64,000 nt of DNA, from the NCBI GenBank assembly GCA_020891255.1, contig BQFW01000013.1, positions 1,984,001 to 2,048,000 of the forward strand, in the 5' to 3' direction. The notes beneath the pieces are model-generated. The model was given only the letters and a program-made list of their open reading frames with translations. It was not told the DNA's origin and did not search any database. The translations under genes were made by a program, and so were the position numbers. This document shows positions 1-12,300 of the stretch, piece after piece. Source of the stretch: Entomortierella parvispora E1425 (lineage: Eukaryota > Fungi > Mortierellomycota). Every line of letters begins with the position of its first letter. Within the stretch, counting starts at the first letter, position 1.

Positions 1-3000
1 GAAAAGGTATCAACGTGGAAGACGTCATGGATTTTGTAGAATGGTGGCAGCTCGACGCGGAAGGTGACAGGTGAGTGTTGCTCCAAAAGTGTGAACGGGC
101 CAAGGAATTGAGGTCGAAGTTTATCGGCTGGTCTGATACTGTCGGCAGGGATGGTGATATTGGTGGCACGCAGCAGGACCTTATCGCCAACCTTGTACTT
201 GTGATCCCGTCGTCGCTTGTTTGCCTGTTGCTCCTGATGATCCTGAGCACGCTGCAGAGCATCCTGGGCCAGGGCAAGGGTGGTCGCCTGCTCAGTCAGG
301 AAGGTATCGACAGTGGGGACTGAGCTGCTGGGTTTACCGAGGAGAGCGGTGGGGAGACGAGGGTGCTGGCCAGAGTTGAGGAAGAACGGCGAGTATCCCG
401 TGGATGCATTGACAGCGTTGTTATAGGCGAATTCCAGTGACGGAAGGAGCTGGTCCCAGTTAGACTGCTTGTTGTCAATAAACGCTCTCAACATAGTCTT
501 CAGCGTCTTGTTCATAACCTCTGTCTGCCCATCCGTCTGTGGGTGGTAGGCGGTTGACAGTGCAAGTTTGACATCCATTAGCCTGTGCAACTCTTGCCAG
601 AATCTACTAGTGAATCGAGTGTCGCGGTCCGAGATGATGGATGTTGGTGTGCCATGCAGCTTAAAGATGTTGTCAAAAAACTGGTGGGCGACGTCGACGG
701 CTGTGGCAGAGGTAGTACTGGGGACGAAGTGAGCTTGCTTGGTCAGCTTGTCGACAAACACTGTGATGGCGTCAAAATTTCTAGCTGTGGGCGGAAGAGG
801 GCCGATGAAGTCCATGGTGACTACCTCCCAACGTTGCGAAGGAATGGGTAGCGGTTGCAAGAGTCCAGCTGGTCGATCCTGTGAGTCCTTGTTCCTTTGA
901 CACTTCTCGCAGGTTGCTACATACTGCTGGGTATCCTTGGCGATGTGGGGCCAATATACGAAACGGCGCAGGTTGTCGTAAGTCTTTTGAAAACCAAAGT
1001 GTCCAGCAGTGGCAGAGTCGTGAGCGTCGTGCAAGAGAGTGAGGCGGATCGGGGAGTGCCGAGGGATGGCCAGGGTGGTTGCTCCACGTCGGGTAAAGTA
1101 GAGGAGGTTGTTCTGGAATGAATATCCATTGGCAACCTTCCCATCCAGGCAATCCTTGTAGATGGGTCCAAGTCGAGGATCGTCGTTGTAGTCCTGGACA
1201 AGCTGGTCACGGACGTCCGGGGACAGGGAGACGCTGAGGTTGTATAGCTCAACAGGGTCAGGCTCGCGGTAGTCCGGTCGTCGGGAGAGAGCGTCTGGGA
1301 CGATGTTGTCAACTCCTCGCTTGTACTTGAAGTCAAAGTCGTATTCCTGAAGCAACTCCATCCAGCGAGCCTGTCGACGAGTGAGTTTGGGCTGTGTGGG
1401 GAAGTGGCGGAGGGTGGCGTGGTCGGTGTGGACGCTGAACTTGGTTCCATCGAGGTAGTAGCGCCAAGTGCGGAGCGCATGGATGACAGCCAACAGTTCC
1501 TGCTCATGGACAGGGTAGTTCCGCTCAGCTGACTGCATTTTCCTGGAAGTGAATGCGATAGGATGGGTATTCCCTTCCCGGTCAGTCTGCAGCAGCACTG
1601 CACCGATGGCGAAACCGGATGCATCTGTTTCGACAAAGGTGAGAGATCAGGGTCGAAGATGCGGAGGACGGGGGCGGAGCAGATGGCGCGTTTGAGCTGA
1701 AGGAATGCAGATTGTTGTTCGTCGGTCCATTTGAAGGGAGTGTTGTTGGCGAGGAGGGAAGAGAGAGGGAGGGCAATCCCTGCAAAGCCCGATACGTACT
1801 GTTGATAAAATTGCGCAAGCCCCAAAAATTGCTGGACGTCCTTTGTGCTCTTGGGGGTGGGCCAGTCACTGATGGCTTTGCTGAGCCCGGCCGATGTTTT
1901 GATCCCGTCCTTCGTGATGGTGTGGCCCAAAAATTCAGTTTCGTCTTGCATGAAGGAGCACTTGCTCAATTTCGCGTACAGACCGTTCTTGCGGAGGAGA
2001 GCCAGGACGCTTCGGAGATGCTGCAGGTGTTCTTTCTTTGTCTTGGAGTAGATCAACAGATCGTCGAGATACACGACAACCCATTTGTCCAAGACTGGAT
2101 CGAGTACTCGCAACATCATATTGGAGAACGAAGCAGGAGCGTTAGTAAGGCCAAAGGGAACAACATTGAACTCAAAGTGACCATAGCGACAACGGAAGGC
2201 AGTCTTGTGTGTGTGTGGTTCAAAGATACGCTGCTGATGATAACCGGATAACAAGTCCAACTTGGAGTAATAGCGTGCTCCACGGAAGCGGTCAAGAAGC
2301 TCGTCGATACGGGGCAACGGGTGTCTGTTCTTCCTGGTGATCTTGTTGAGGCCACGGTAGTCGACGCACATTCGGAGTGTGCCGTCCTTCTTCCGCACAA
2401 AGAGCACGGGGGCGCCATAGGGAGAGGTACTGGGTTTGATAAAACCTGCTGCTAGCAATTGGTCCAGTTGTTTGCGAAGTTCGTCAAGCTCGGCGATTGA
2501 AAGTCTAATGACAGGGCGGAAGGGTGGGTCGGCTGTCGGGTCGGTCTCGATCTTCATAGCATCACCACGGTCTGGGGGCAGGCCGTCCGGGAGTTTCTCC
2601 GGAAAGACATCAGCGAACTCTTCCATGACAATGGACCGCACCTCTGGGGTCATATCGGGAATTGTACGCGGTTGGTCAGTTTCTTCAGAGGGCTCTGGGG
2701 TGTTGCGAATAAGGGCCAGGAACACCTCCGAGCCGGGCAGGGTTGCCATGGAATGAAAGTGCATGTGTGTGAGGAGGAGTCCTTTGGTGCGGCTTTGGAT
2801 GTGATCGGCCTTGAAGCCGCGGCAGCTCCATTTGACATCGATTCCATTGTGAGTGAAATGAAGATCGTTGGTGCGCCAATTGATGCAAGGGTTAACTTTG
2901 GTGAGCCAGGGTTTGCCAAGGATGAGGTCGTATTTGTTGAGAGGATAGAGAATAGGGTTGAGCGAATCGGAGTAGTCGCTGCGGTTGAGGGTGATGGGGA

Positions 3001-3562
3001 CGGTGTGTGATGTGAGGGAGGAAGAGCCATTGGGGAGGAGGATGGGGATGGGCAAGCATTCAGTGCGGAGGAGCTGGTGTCGCTTTTGAAAAGACGAACT
3101 GATAATATTACCTTCTGCACCACCATCAATCAGGATTCTGGCAGCGTGGCCATTGACAGAACCGATGAAAGTGAGCAGTTGGCTCTCTGCCTTTTGGACA
3201 GTGAATTCGTGTAGGCGAATCGCACGACGCTTCAACTTCTTCAACTGACTTTTGGACAGAGGTACACTAGGTGCCGGCGGTACAGCGAGAGGGTCCGGTT
3301 CATCTGTATCGGAGGATCTAGGTAGAGGAGCGGACAGGGCAACTGGAGCGGGCGAGGCAACAGGTTTTTTGGTTTGGTTTTGGTTTCGGTCCGATAGAAC
3401 AACCAGAGCATCGTGGATGTGAGTTCGCTTGTCATGATTGGAGTCATGTTTCTGAGGTGTAGAATCAAGTGAAGTTTTATTTGAGGTACTTAGCTCAGGG
3501 TTGTTGGCTACAGTTTCGACAACTGGGGTCCGGACCGACCCTAGTTGCCGGAGGCTTTTCCC
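1..3562 (-). pseudogene. pol: A1 pol (PR-RT-RNaseH-IN, partial), entered by -1 frameshift; 1-bp deletion near 1644
   Basis: ORF 917-3244 has ILIDGGAEG, LDLLSGYHQ and YLDDLL. Sequence reads aaaggtgagagatc versus aaaggtgaggagatc in A3, which shifts the frame at the start of RNaseH. Confidence 0.85.
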
Positions 3563-4461
3563 GAATCAGGGGATTCACCCGCGGTTACTTGATTAATTCC
3601 TCGGCTGCCGTTGCCGTACTTAGGGCAATTGGGACTGATGTGACCCAATTCGCGGCAGCGGAAGCAGCCACCGTTACGTACAAGGTACTCTCGGTCGGCG
3701 GCGGTCAGGGGTGCGGGGCGATCTCGAGAAGGGTTGTTAGTACCGTTGGTGGGGCGGTTCTGTAAGGAGCGGTGAAGGGTGCCGAGTTGCTTGTGGATAT
3801 TGTTGAGTTGGATATGAATATTGTCCACTTCCATTGCGTTGGGGTCGGTGATACCAGCAGAGGATCCCGAGGCAGCCAGTGCTTTGGCACCGAGTGATGG
3901 GTCTTCAGTGTGGAAGATACGACCGAACTCCTCCGCGGCCTTAAAGAGTCTGGGCAGATCTATGGTGTCGTTGCCTGCATTAACAATGGCCACTTCCAGC
4001 ATCTGGCGAAGCTGAGTAGGTGCACCACTGAGAAAGGCAGTACGGATAGTATCGTTGAGAACTGCGTTGTCGGCGTAGTAAGACTGGAGGAGTAGGTGGT
4101 ATTCACGGGCTTTGGTAATATAGGCCATGACGTTGGAGATGTTCAGTGGCAGTGTCATTTTCATTTGCATTGTGAGGGCGAGAATGTGCTCCTTAAACTT
4201 CGCAGGGCTGAACTCGGCGGCAAGGAGCTCGCTGAAATCCGGGAATGAGGTGTCGGATGGCTTGTTTAAGAGTGCCCACCAGCCGATAACCTCATCGCCG
4301 GCAAAGGCAAGGGTAACCCCGACCTTGCGAGATTCGGCAATTCCAGCGCCATCGAAGAAAAAGGTCATGCGTTTCAGAAAACCGAGAACAGAGAATCCGT
4401 CGCGCTTGCCGTTGAACGGTGTTGGATGAGGGAATTTGAATGACGGTGTCGCGGAGTCCAT
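3541..4461 (-). CDS. gag: A1 Gag (first ATG at 4461; ORF track starts at a TTG in the LTR)
   Basis: 347-aa ORF with CFRCRELGHISPNC zinc knuckle; four near-identical copies in the window. Confidence 0.9.
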   Translation of the reverse strand: MDSATPSFKFPHPTPFNGKRDGFSVLGFLKRMTFFFDGAGIAESRKVGVTLAFAGDEVIGWWALLNKPSDTSFPDFSELLAAEFSPAKFKEHILALTMQMKMTLPLNISNVMAYITKAREYHLLLQSYYADNAVLNDTIRTAFLSGAPTQLRQMLEVAIVNAGNDTIDLPRLFKAAEEFGRIFHTEDPSLGAKALAASGSSAGITDPNAMEVDNIHIQLNNIHKQLGTLHRSLQNRPTNGTNNPSRDRPAPLTAADREYLVRNGGCFRCRELGHISPNCPKYGNGSRGINQVTAGESPDSGKASGN

Positions 4462-4579
4462 GTTGGGTGAATTGTCGAGGGAGAGTTGATCGAAGAGGGA
4501 TACGAGGGGGTCCAGGGTGTGAGTGTGTCGGAGGGTCAGTGGGTCAGTGAGGTCAGTGGATCGAAAACCTTTGCTACCA

Positions 4580-4690
4580 TGCAATAGGAGTATCGAGGGT
4601 GGAGTGGAGACAAGAAGTGAGTTTTATTATATTGCAAGTTTCTAGCTTTTGTAGGTACACATCGCGTGATGTCACCGTATTCCTGTTACA
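4580..4690 (-). repeat. Family A LTR (111 bp), 5' LTR of A1
   Basis: TGTAACAGG...CTATTGCA. Same 111-mer at 5296, 9265, 14220, 20888, 25845, 28430 and 33249. Confidence 0.97.
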
Positions 4691-5406
4691 ACAAAGAAAG
4701 AACACCTGCAGCATCTCCGAAGCGTCCTGGCTCTCCTCCGCAAGAACGGTCTGTACGCGAAATTGAGCAAGTGCTCCTTCATGCAAGACGAAACTGAATT
4801 TTTGGGCCACACCATCACGAACGACGGGATCACAAGTACAAGGTTGGCGATAATGTCCTGCTGCGTGCCACCAATATCACCATCCCTGCCGACAGTATCA
4901 GACCAGCCGATAAACTTCGACCTCAATTCCTTGGCCCGTTCACACTTTTGGAGCAACACTCACCTGTCACCTTCCGCGTCGAGCTGCCACCATTCTACAA
5001 AATCCATGACGTCTTCCACGTTGATACCTTTCGACCCTATTTGCCGTCCCCGGAGTCACTCGGCATTCGAGCTCCTGCCCCCGTGGATCCCACTGTAATT
5101 GACGGCGAAGAGGAGTATGAAGTGGACGAAATTTTAAAGTACCGCTTCTACCGCAGACAACACCAGTTCCTAGTGTCATTCAAAGGCTACGGCAGAGAAG
5201 CTGACGAATGGCTCCCAGTAAGCAACTTGGACAACTGCATGGACTTGGTCACAACCTTCAAAGAGCAGCACGGTATCATTTTTTAAAAGGGAAGGTGTAA
5301 CAGGAATACGGTGACATCACGCGATGTGTACCTACAAAAGCTAGAAACTTGCAATATAATAAAACGCACTTCTTGTCTCCACTCCACCCTCGATACTCCT
5401 ATTGCA
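4691..5406 (+). mobile_element. Family A copy A2, 3' remnant with internal RT-to-IN deletion; 3' LTR 5296-5406
   Basis: RT codons (KKEHLQHLRSVL...FLGHTIT) join the IN GPY/F region at microhomology GACGGGATCA (4823-4832). Chromodomain ORF 4948-5286 and PPT AAAAGGGAAGG precede the LTR. Confidence 0.92.
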
Positions 5407-5451
5407 GACCAATTCGTGCCCAGCACGGCACGTGACAGATCGCGGCTGATA
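5407..5451 (-). repeat. Continuation of the D' LTR-like sequence split by element B
   Basis: Joins 27713 onward once B and one TGATA copy are removed; bounded on the left by the A2 LTR. Confidence 0.7.
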
Positions 5452-5661
5452 TGCAAACAAATAGACCTCGTGCAACAGTCAAATCAGACTGACCGTGCAG
5501 CGCCTTCACTCACAGCAGAGCCAAAAACAAAGGGTCAACTAAAACCACTACCACCATTGCCACCATTGCCACCACCGCAACCTTTAGTATAAATACCCCG
5601 GACTTCATATCAATAAACATCATTCAATCTTCGTGCTCTTCCCTTGGCCTTTACTATTGCA
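5452..5661 (+). repeat. Family B 5' LTR
   Basis: Direct repeat of 27498-27707; contains TATAAATA and AATAAA. Confidence 0.95.
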
Positions 5662-6581
5662 TTGGTAGCAAAGGTTTCCTCGATCCCCGACCCCTCCGAT
5701 TCCACCGCCACAGACAAGACCCTTGAACCTCCCAGACTCCACCTCATTACACTGCATTCCACGATCCTACGATACTTTGAATTCCTGACCTCCCCAAGAC
5801 TCCAGCGATAACACCATGGCCGGAGAAGATGATGCCAATAACTCTGGCTCTACCGACAATACCATCAGACCACCCGAGACAGCAGAAGACGCCGCGGCCA
5901 CGAACGATCGTGTACGCACACTCGCTGCTGTTCTCAAACCCCAGAAACCCGAACCATACACTGGCAAAATCGACGCCGACCTTTGCCTCAATTTCCTGGA
6001 CAGCTACGAGGAGTACTTTGAGATTGTCGGCCTGTGTCGCATAATTTGGTGGCGCAGCGGCAAATGATGCTGCTGGCAGCAAGGCACAGTCACGGAGGCA
6101 ACGGTCAGGATAATATCCTGACCGGTTCAATAAAACAGAGATCCCTCTCTTATTCTCACTGACTCCGTGTGCCATATACTTTTCATTTTTTTTCAGTGAA
6201 GAGAAGAAGATCTCGCAGGATCAGGAACATAACCGACATTCACAACCGGCATTCACCTCCATTCAACCGCACTCGTCAGCACTCGACCGATCAACAGCAT
6301 TTCTTCACTGTCTGCGACGACATTCACCAGCATTGACCTGCATCTCACATTCCGCAAGTTAATTCCACTCGATTTAACTGAGATCAACTTTGGAACGCCA
6401 ATTCACCCGTCAATCCGACCCATCCATCTAAACGGAACACAGCATCGCTTTCAGGACCCTTGAAAGTTACCAAAACACCACTTACTGCACGCAAGCCACC
6501 GCTCATGGACTTTGGTGAACTTTTCGACATTCAGTTCATTCCGGCATTAACTCAATTCAGCTTTGAAAAATTTTTCGCGAC

Positions 6582-9264
6582 ATGGGCAAAGTGAATCTCA
6601 ACAACAACAAACCAATTCGGAGCAGAGTCGCTGCAGTTGTTATACCTGTTGCACAAGCCGCCAACGCGCGCGCCACTGCCTCCAACTCTGGAGAACCCAC
6701 CAACAATGGCGGAGACTTGGCCACTGTAGCCACACACGAAGGATCCATCACAGAAGAGATGGATGTGGACGAGGAAACCATTCCATCCACCAGCTCTGGC
6801 ACCAGAAGTGGACTGACGTTTGAAGGACTACCACCGTCACAGTTGCCATCTATTCCAAGAAAGGATAGTCCTACATCGGTCGTATCAATCACCAGAGCCT
6901 TGGCGGTACCTACCCATACTGCCCTGCCTGACATAACAGATGCGGAAATAGAGGCAGACATTGCGGCAACGTACGCACAGATGGAAGCTACTCGGCTCAC
7001 CAATGTAAGACTCCTTTTACATATCTCACGTAACAAAAGAGTCACCCATGCCGGTACAGCTCCCATGGACCTCACACCGGAAACAGACAAGATGGAGGAA
7101 GAACATAAGCGCAACGAGGACTTCCTCAGCAGTATGGAGCAAACATACAATGCTCTTCACGCAGCTCGCCGCCCTGTACCAGCACAATGGGCATATCCAA
7201 ATCAGTCCACCGTAGACCGTTATCAAGAGCAGGATCGAAGCGCAAGCAACCATGCTCCACAAGCGCGATCTGAGGCAGGATTTCCTGTCAAGCCTCTATC
7301 CACATGGCTTCGATTCGGATCATCAGGATCCCTATCGGCATACGACTGGTGGGCGCACTTCGAACGAGAAATCGCGCCGTATGTGGGGGAGCAAATCATA
7401 GGAAGTCATGGAGACAAATACCTCCTGTACCTGGTCCACAACGACCACTTTCATGCCAATCTGAAAGAGAAGTTCAAGGCACCCAAGGAGGTGCTGACAG
7501 TGGACTATCTCGAGAGGACGTTCTTCGAGACATGTTTAACAATCGAAGAGCGAGAAAACGCTGTTACCACGCTCACCAAATTTGGACGACTCGCAGGAGA
7601 GCCATATAGTCACTACGCTCATCGGATCGCAAGAGCTACAAAGCTATTCCGAGTACAAGACAACAACGATGTGGTTTTGACTCTGCTCCGACAAGGACTT
7701 GCATCATCTGAAATGGACACAGTCAACACGCGATTCCAATCGCAATACGTACTGGACAACCCACAAGCAACATCAGTGCCAGACACTCCAATTGCTATCG
7801 CTGATTTTTGCATCGCACTGGGCAAGCTAACAGGACCAGCTGGAGCTCGCGAAAACTTTAGCGCTCCAGTAATGCCCACCACCAACTCTCACGCCGCCAA
7901 GGCTGAGTCGAAGCAGATGTGGTGTGATAAATGTAACAAGAACGGCAACCACGTTTCCAAGGACCATATCAGCTGCGACTACTGCAACAAGCTAGGCCAT
8001 AAGAAGGACGCCTGCCGTGCGCGCCAGAACGACGAACGACGACGCAATGAACACTCGGAGCGTAGCTCACACAACTCAGACGATCGACAAGACCGTTCCC
8101 ACCGCGGATCAAGCCGCTTCGGGCCATATCAAGCTGACAATCGCCAGCGCAGAGACAACAGGGATAGCCACAACTCTCGTGAGCGCAATTACAGTAAGGA
8201 CCCTCTTCATATACTACGCTCTCGTAAAAATGTGTGGCAAACATACCACGATCTTGATATCAACTTCAACGCACTCACTCTTGCGTCCTACTCCTCTCAG
8301 ACTAGAGACATGTCGCCAGTGTCAGATAAAGAATTCATAGAGTCTGTTCACTCCACAGATTCAGTCCTGGCACATGCGGGGAGGGAAAGTAGAATGTCAC
8401 AAGACATACCACAGGAGCACATGACAATAAACGATGAGCAATCACACATGTTTGAAACACTTATATACAATGAAATGGGTGACCAGAACGACAATGACAA
8501 GAGACTTGTAGTACCGATCTACTTCGAAGGCCTTCAATTTGAAGCACTAATTGATTCTGGAGCCACGAAGTCATTCATAGACAAGTCATTAGTAGAAGCT
8601 CTGAAAATTGAGGTCAGCAAAGCACGGGGAAACATCTTCCTCGGGCACAAGAAAATGCATGTAGCAAGAACAGGAGTAACAGAACATATAGAAGTAGAAT
8701 GCAATGAACATTCGCTTCTCGCCTCATTTGAACTGTTTGACCTACAATACCCATTTGTCATTGGCATGGACCTATTTAACAAACTAGGGTTCTCAATCGG
8801 AGGCATTGCAGACGGACGAGCAAACGCACAGACTCTGCCAACGCCAACACCAGATGAAAAAGCCATCCGTGTTACCATTGGAAACACCAATCGAAGAACT
8901 TACTGACAAGTTCAAGAAACTCAAAGCACAATTCATGAGTGAAATCCAAGACTCGATAAAGGACAACGCACAGATACCGCTAGACAGCTACTGCACTCTA
9001 CCAGAGATGCACGTGTTCTTGGATGTTCCTGAGGGCACGACTATTTATCGCAGACCAAGGACGTTTGCTGAACAGCAACAGCATATTTTCGACGAACAAG
9101 TTGACAAATGGCTTAAAGATGGAGTTATCACACTTGCTCCGGCCAACAATCGGCACAATAACACGCTAACTCTCGCGGCCAAGAAAGATCTCCTCGGCAA
9201 TAAAACGAAATGGCGGGTTTGCCTAGACCCACGTCCTCTGAACAAATTATTAAAGGATGACAAC
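6582..9264 (+). pseudogene. C gag-PR-RT N-terminal part; +1 frameshift at A5 run 8857-8861, then cut by A3
   Basis: Zinc-knuckle region (CDKCNKNGNH, CDYCNKLGHKKDAC), protease LIDSGA, RT start WRVCLDPRPLN. An A4 run would give DEKPSVLPLE in frame. Confidence 0.88.
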
Positions 9265-9385
9265 TGCAATAGGAGTATCGAGGGTGGAGTGGAGACAAGA
9301 AGTGAGTTTTATTATATTGCAAGTTTCTAGCTTTTGTAGGTACACATCGCGTGATGTCACCGTATTCCTGTTACACCTTCCCCTT

Positions 9386-12300
9386 TTAAAAAATGATACC
9401 GTGCTGCTCTTTGAAGGTTGTGACCAAGTCCATGCAGTTGTCCAAGTTGCTTACTGGGAGCCATTCGTCAGCTTCTCTGCCGTAGCCTTTGAATGACACT
9501 AGGAACTGGTGTTGTCTGCGGTAGAAGCGGTACTTTAAAATTTCGTCCACTTCATACTCCTCTTCGCCGTCAATTACAGTGGGATCCACGGGGGCAGGAG
9601 CTCGAATGCCGAGTGACTCCGGGGACGGCAAATAGGGTCGAAAGGTATCAACGTGGAAGACGTCATGGATTTTGTAGAATGGTGGCAGCTCGACGCGGAA
9701 GGTGACAGGTGAGTGTTGCTCCAAAAGTGTGAACGGGCCAAGGAATTGAGGTCGAAGTTTATCGGCTGGTCTGATACTGTCGGCAGGGATGGTGATATTG
9801 GTGGCACGCAGCAGGACCTTATCGCCAACCTTGTACTTGTGATCCCGTCGTCGCTTGTTTGCCTGTTGCTCCTGATGATCCTGAGCACGCTGCAGAGCAT
9901 CCTGGGCCAGGGCAAGGGTGGTCGCCTGCTCAGTCAGGAAGGTATCGACAGTGGGGACTGAGCTGCTGGGTTTACCGAGGAGAGCGGTGGGGAGACGAGG
10001 GTGCTGGCCAGAGTTGAGGAAGAACGGCGAGTATCCCGTGGATGCATTGACAGCGTTGTTATAGGCGAATTCCAGTGACGGAAGGAGCTGGTCCCAGTTA
10101 GACTGCTTGTTGTCAATAAACGCTCTCAACATAGTCTTCAGCGTCTTGTTCATAACCTCTGTCTGCCCATCCGTCTGTGGGTGGTAGGCGGTTGACAGTG
10201 CAAGTTTGACATCCATTAGCCTGTGCAACTCTTGCCAGAATCTACTAGTGAATCGAGTGTCGCGGTCCGAGATGATGGATGTTGGTGTGCCATGCAGCTT
10301 AAAGATGTTGTCAAAAAACTGGTGGGCGACGTCGACGGCTGTGGCAGAGGTAGTACTGGGGACGAAGTGAGCTTGCTTGGTCAGCTTGTCGACAAACACT
10401 GTGATGGCGTCAAAATTTCTAGCTGTGGGCGGAAGAGGGCCGATGAAGTCCATGGTGACTACCTCCCAACGTTGCGAAGGAATGGGTAGCGGTTGCAAGA
10501 GTCCAGCTGGTCGATCCTGTGAGTCCTTGTTCCTTTGACACTTCTCGCAGGTTGCTACATACTGCTGGGTATCCTTGGCGATGTGGGGCCAATATACGAA
10601 ACGGCGCAGGTTGTCGTAAGTCTTTTGAAAACCAAAGTGTCCAGCAGTGGCAGAGTCGTGAGCGTCGTGCAAGAGAGTGAGGCGGATCGGGGAGTGCCGA
10701 GGGATGGCCAGGGTGGTTGCTCCACGTCGGGTAAAGTAGAGGAGGTTGTTCTGGAATGAATATCCATTGGCAACCTTCCCATCCAGGCAATCCTTGTAGA
10801 TGGGTCCAAGTCGAGGATCGTCGTTGTAGTCCTGGACAAGCTGGTCACGGACGTCCGGGGACAGGGAGACGCTGAGGTTGTATAGCTCAACAGGGTCAGG
10901 CTCGCGGTAGTCCGGTCGTCGGGAGAGAGCGTCTGGGACGATGTTGTCAACTCCTCGCTTGTACTTGAAGTCAAAGTCGTATTCCTGAAGCAACTCCATC
11001 CAGCGAGCCTGTCGACGAGTGAGTTTGGGCTGTGTGGGGAAGTGGCGGAGGGTGGCGTGGTCGGTGTGGACGCTGAACTTGGTTCCATCGAGGTAGTAGC
11101 GCCAAGTGCGGAGCGCATGGATGACAGCCAACAGTTCCTGCTCATGGACAGGGTAGTTCCGCTCAGCTGACTGCATTTTCCTGGAAGTGAATGCGATGGG
11201 ATGGGTATTCCCTTCCCGGTCAGTCTGCAGCAGCACTGCACCGATGGCGAAACCGGATGCATCTGTTTCGACAAAGGTGAGGAGATCAGGGTCGAAGATG
11301 CGGAGGACGGGGGCGGAGCAGATGGCGCGTTTGAGCTGAAGGAATGCAGATTGTTGTTCGTCGGTCCATTTGAAGGGAGTGTTGTTGGCGAGGAGGGAAG
11401 AGAGAGGGAGGGCAATCCCTGCAAAGCCCGATACGTACTGTTGATAAAATTGCGCAAGCCCCAAAAATTGCTGGACGTCCTTTGTGCTCTTGGGGGTGGG
11501 CCAGTCACTGATGGCTTTGCTGAGCCCGGCCGATGTTTTGATCCCGTCCTTGGTGATGGTGTGGCCCAAAAATTCAGTTTCGTCTTGCATGAAGGAGCAC
11601 TTGCTCAATTTCGCGTACAGACCATTCTTGCGGAGGAGAGCCAGGACGCTTCGGAGATGCTGCAGGTGTTCTTTCTTTGTCTTGGAGTAGATCAACAGAT
11701 CGTCGAGATACACGACAACCCATTTGTCCAAGACTGGATCGAGTACTCGCAACATCATATTGGAGAACGAAGCAGGAGCGTTAGTAAGGCCAAAGGGAAC
11801 AACATTGAACTCAAAGTGACCATAGCGACAACGGAAGGCAGTCTTGTGTGTGTGTGGTTCAAAGATACGCTGCTGATGATAACCGGATAACAAGTCCAAC
11901 TTGGAGTAATAGCGTGCTCCACGGAAGCGGTCAAGTAGCTCGTCGATACGGGGCAACGGGTGTCTGTTCTTCCTGGTGATCTTGTTGAGGCCACGGTAGT
12001 CGACGCACATTCGGAGTGTGCCGTCCTTCTTCCGCACAAAGAGCACGGGGGCGCCATAGGGAGAGGTACTGGGTTTGATAAAACCTGCTGCTAGCAATTG
12101 GTCCAGTTGTTTGCGAAGTTCGTCAAGCTCGGCGATTGAAAGTCTAATGACAGGGCGGAAGGGTGGGTCGGCTGTCGGGTCGGTCTCGATCTTCATAGCA
12201 TCACCACGGTCTAGGGGCAGGCCGTCCGGGAGTTTCTCCGGAAAGACATCAGCGAACTCTTCCATGACAATGGACCGCACCTCTGGGGTCATATCGGGAA

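Larger units (their letters stand above)
1..4690 (-). mobile_element. Ty3/Gypsy chromovirus family A, copy A1 (3' end runs off the window); inserted into copy A2
   Basis: 111-bp 5' LTR at 4580-4690 (minus), then PBS TGGTAGCAAAGG, gag with CCHC knuckle, and pol PR-RT-RH-IN. Near-identical to A3/A4/A5. Right flank ACAAA continues family-A RT sequence on the + strand. Confidence 0.95.
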
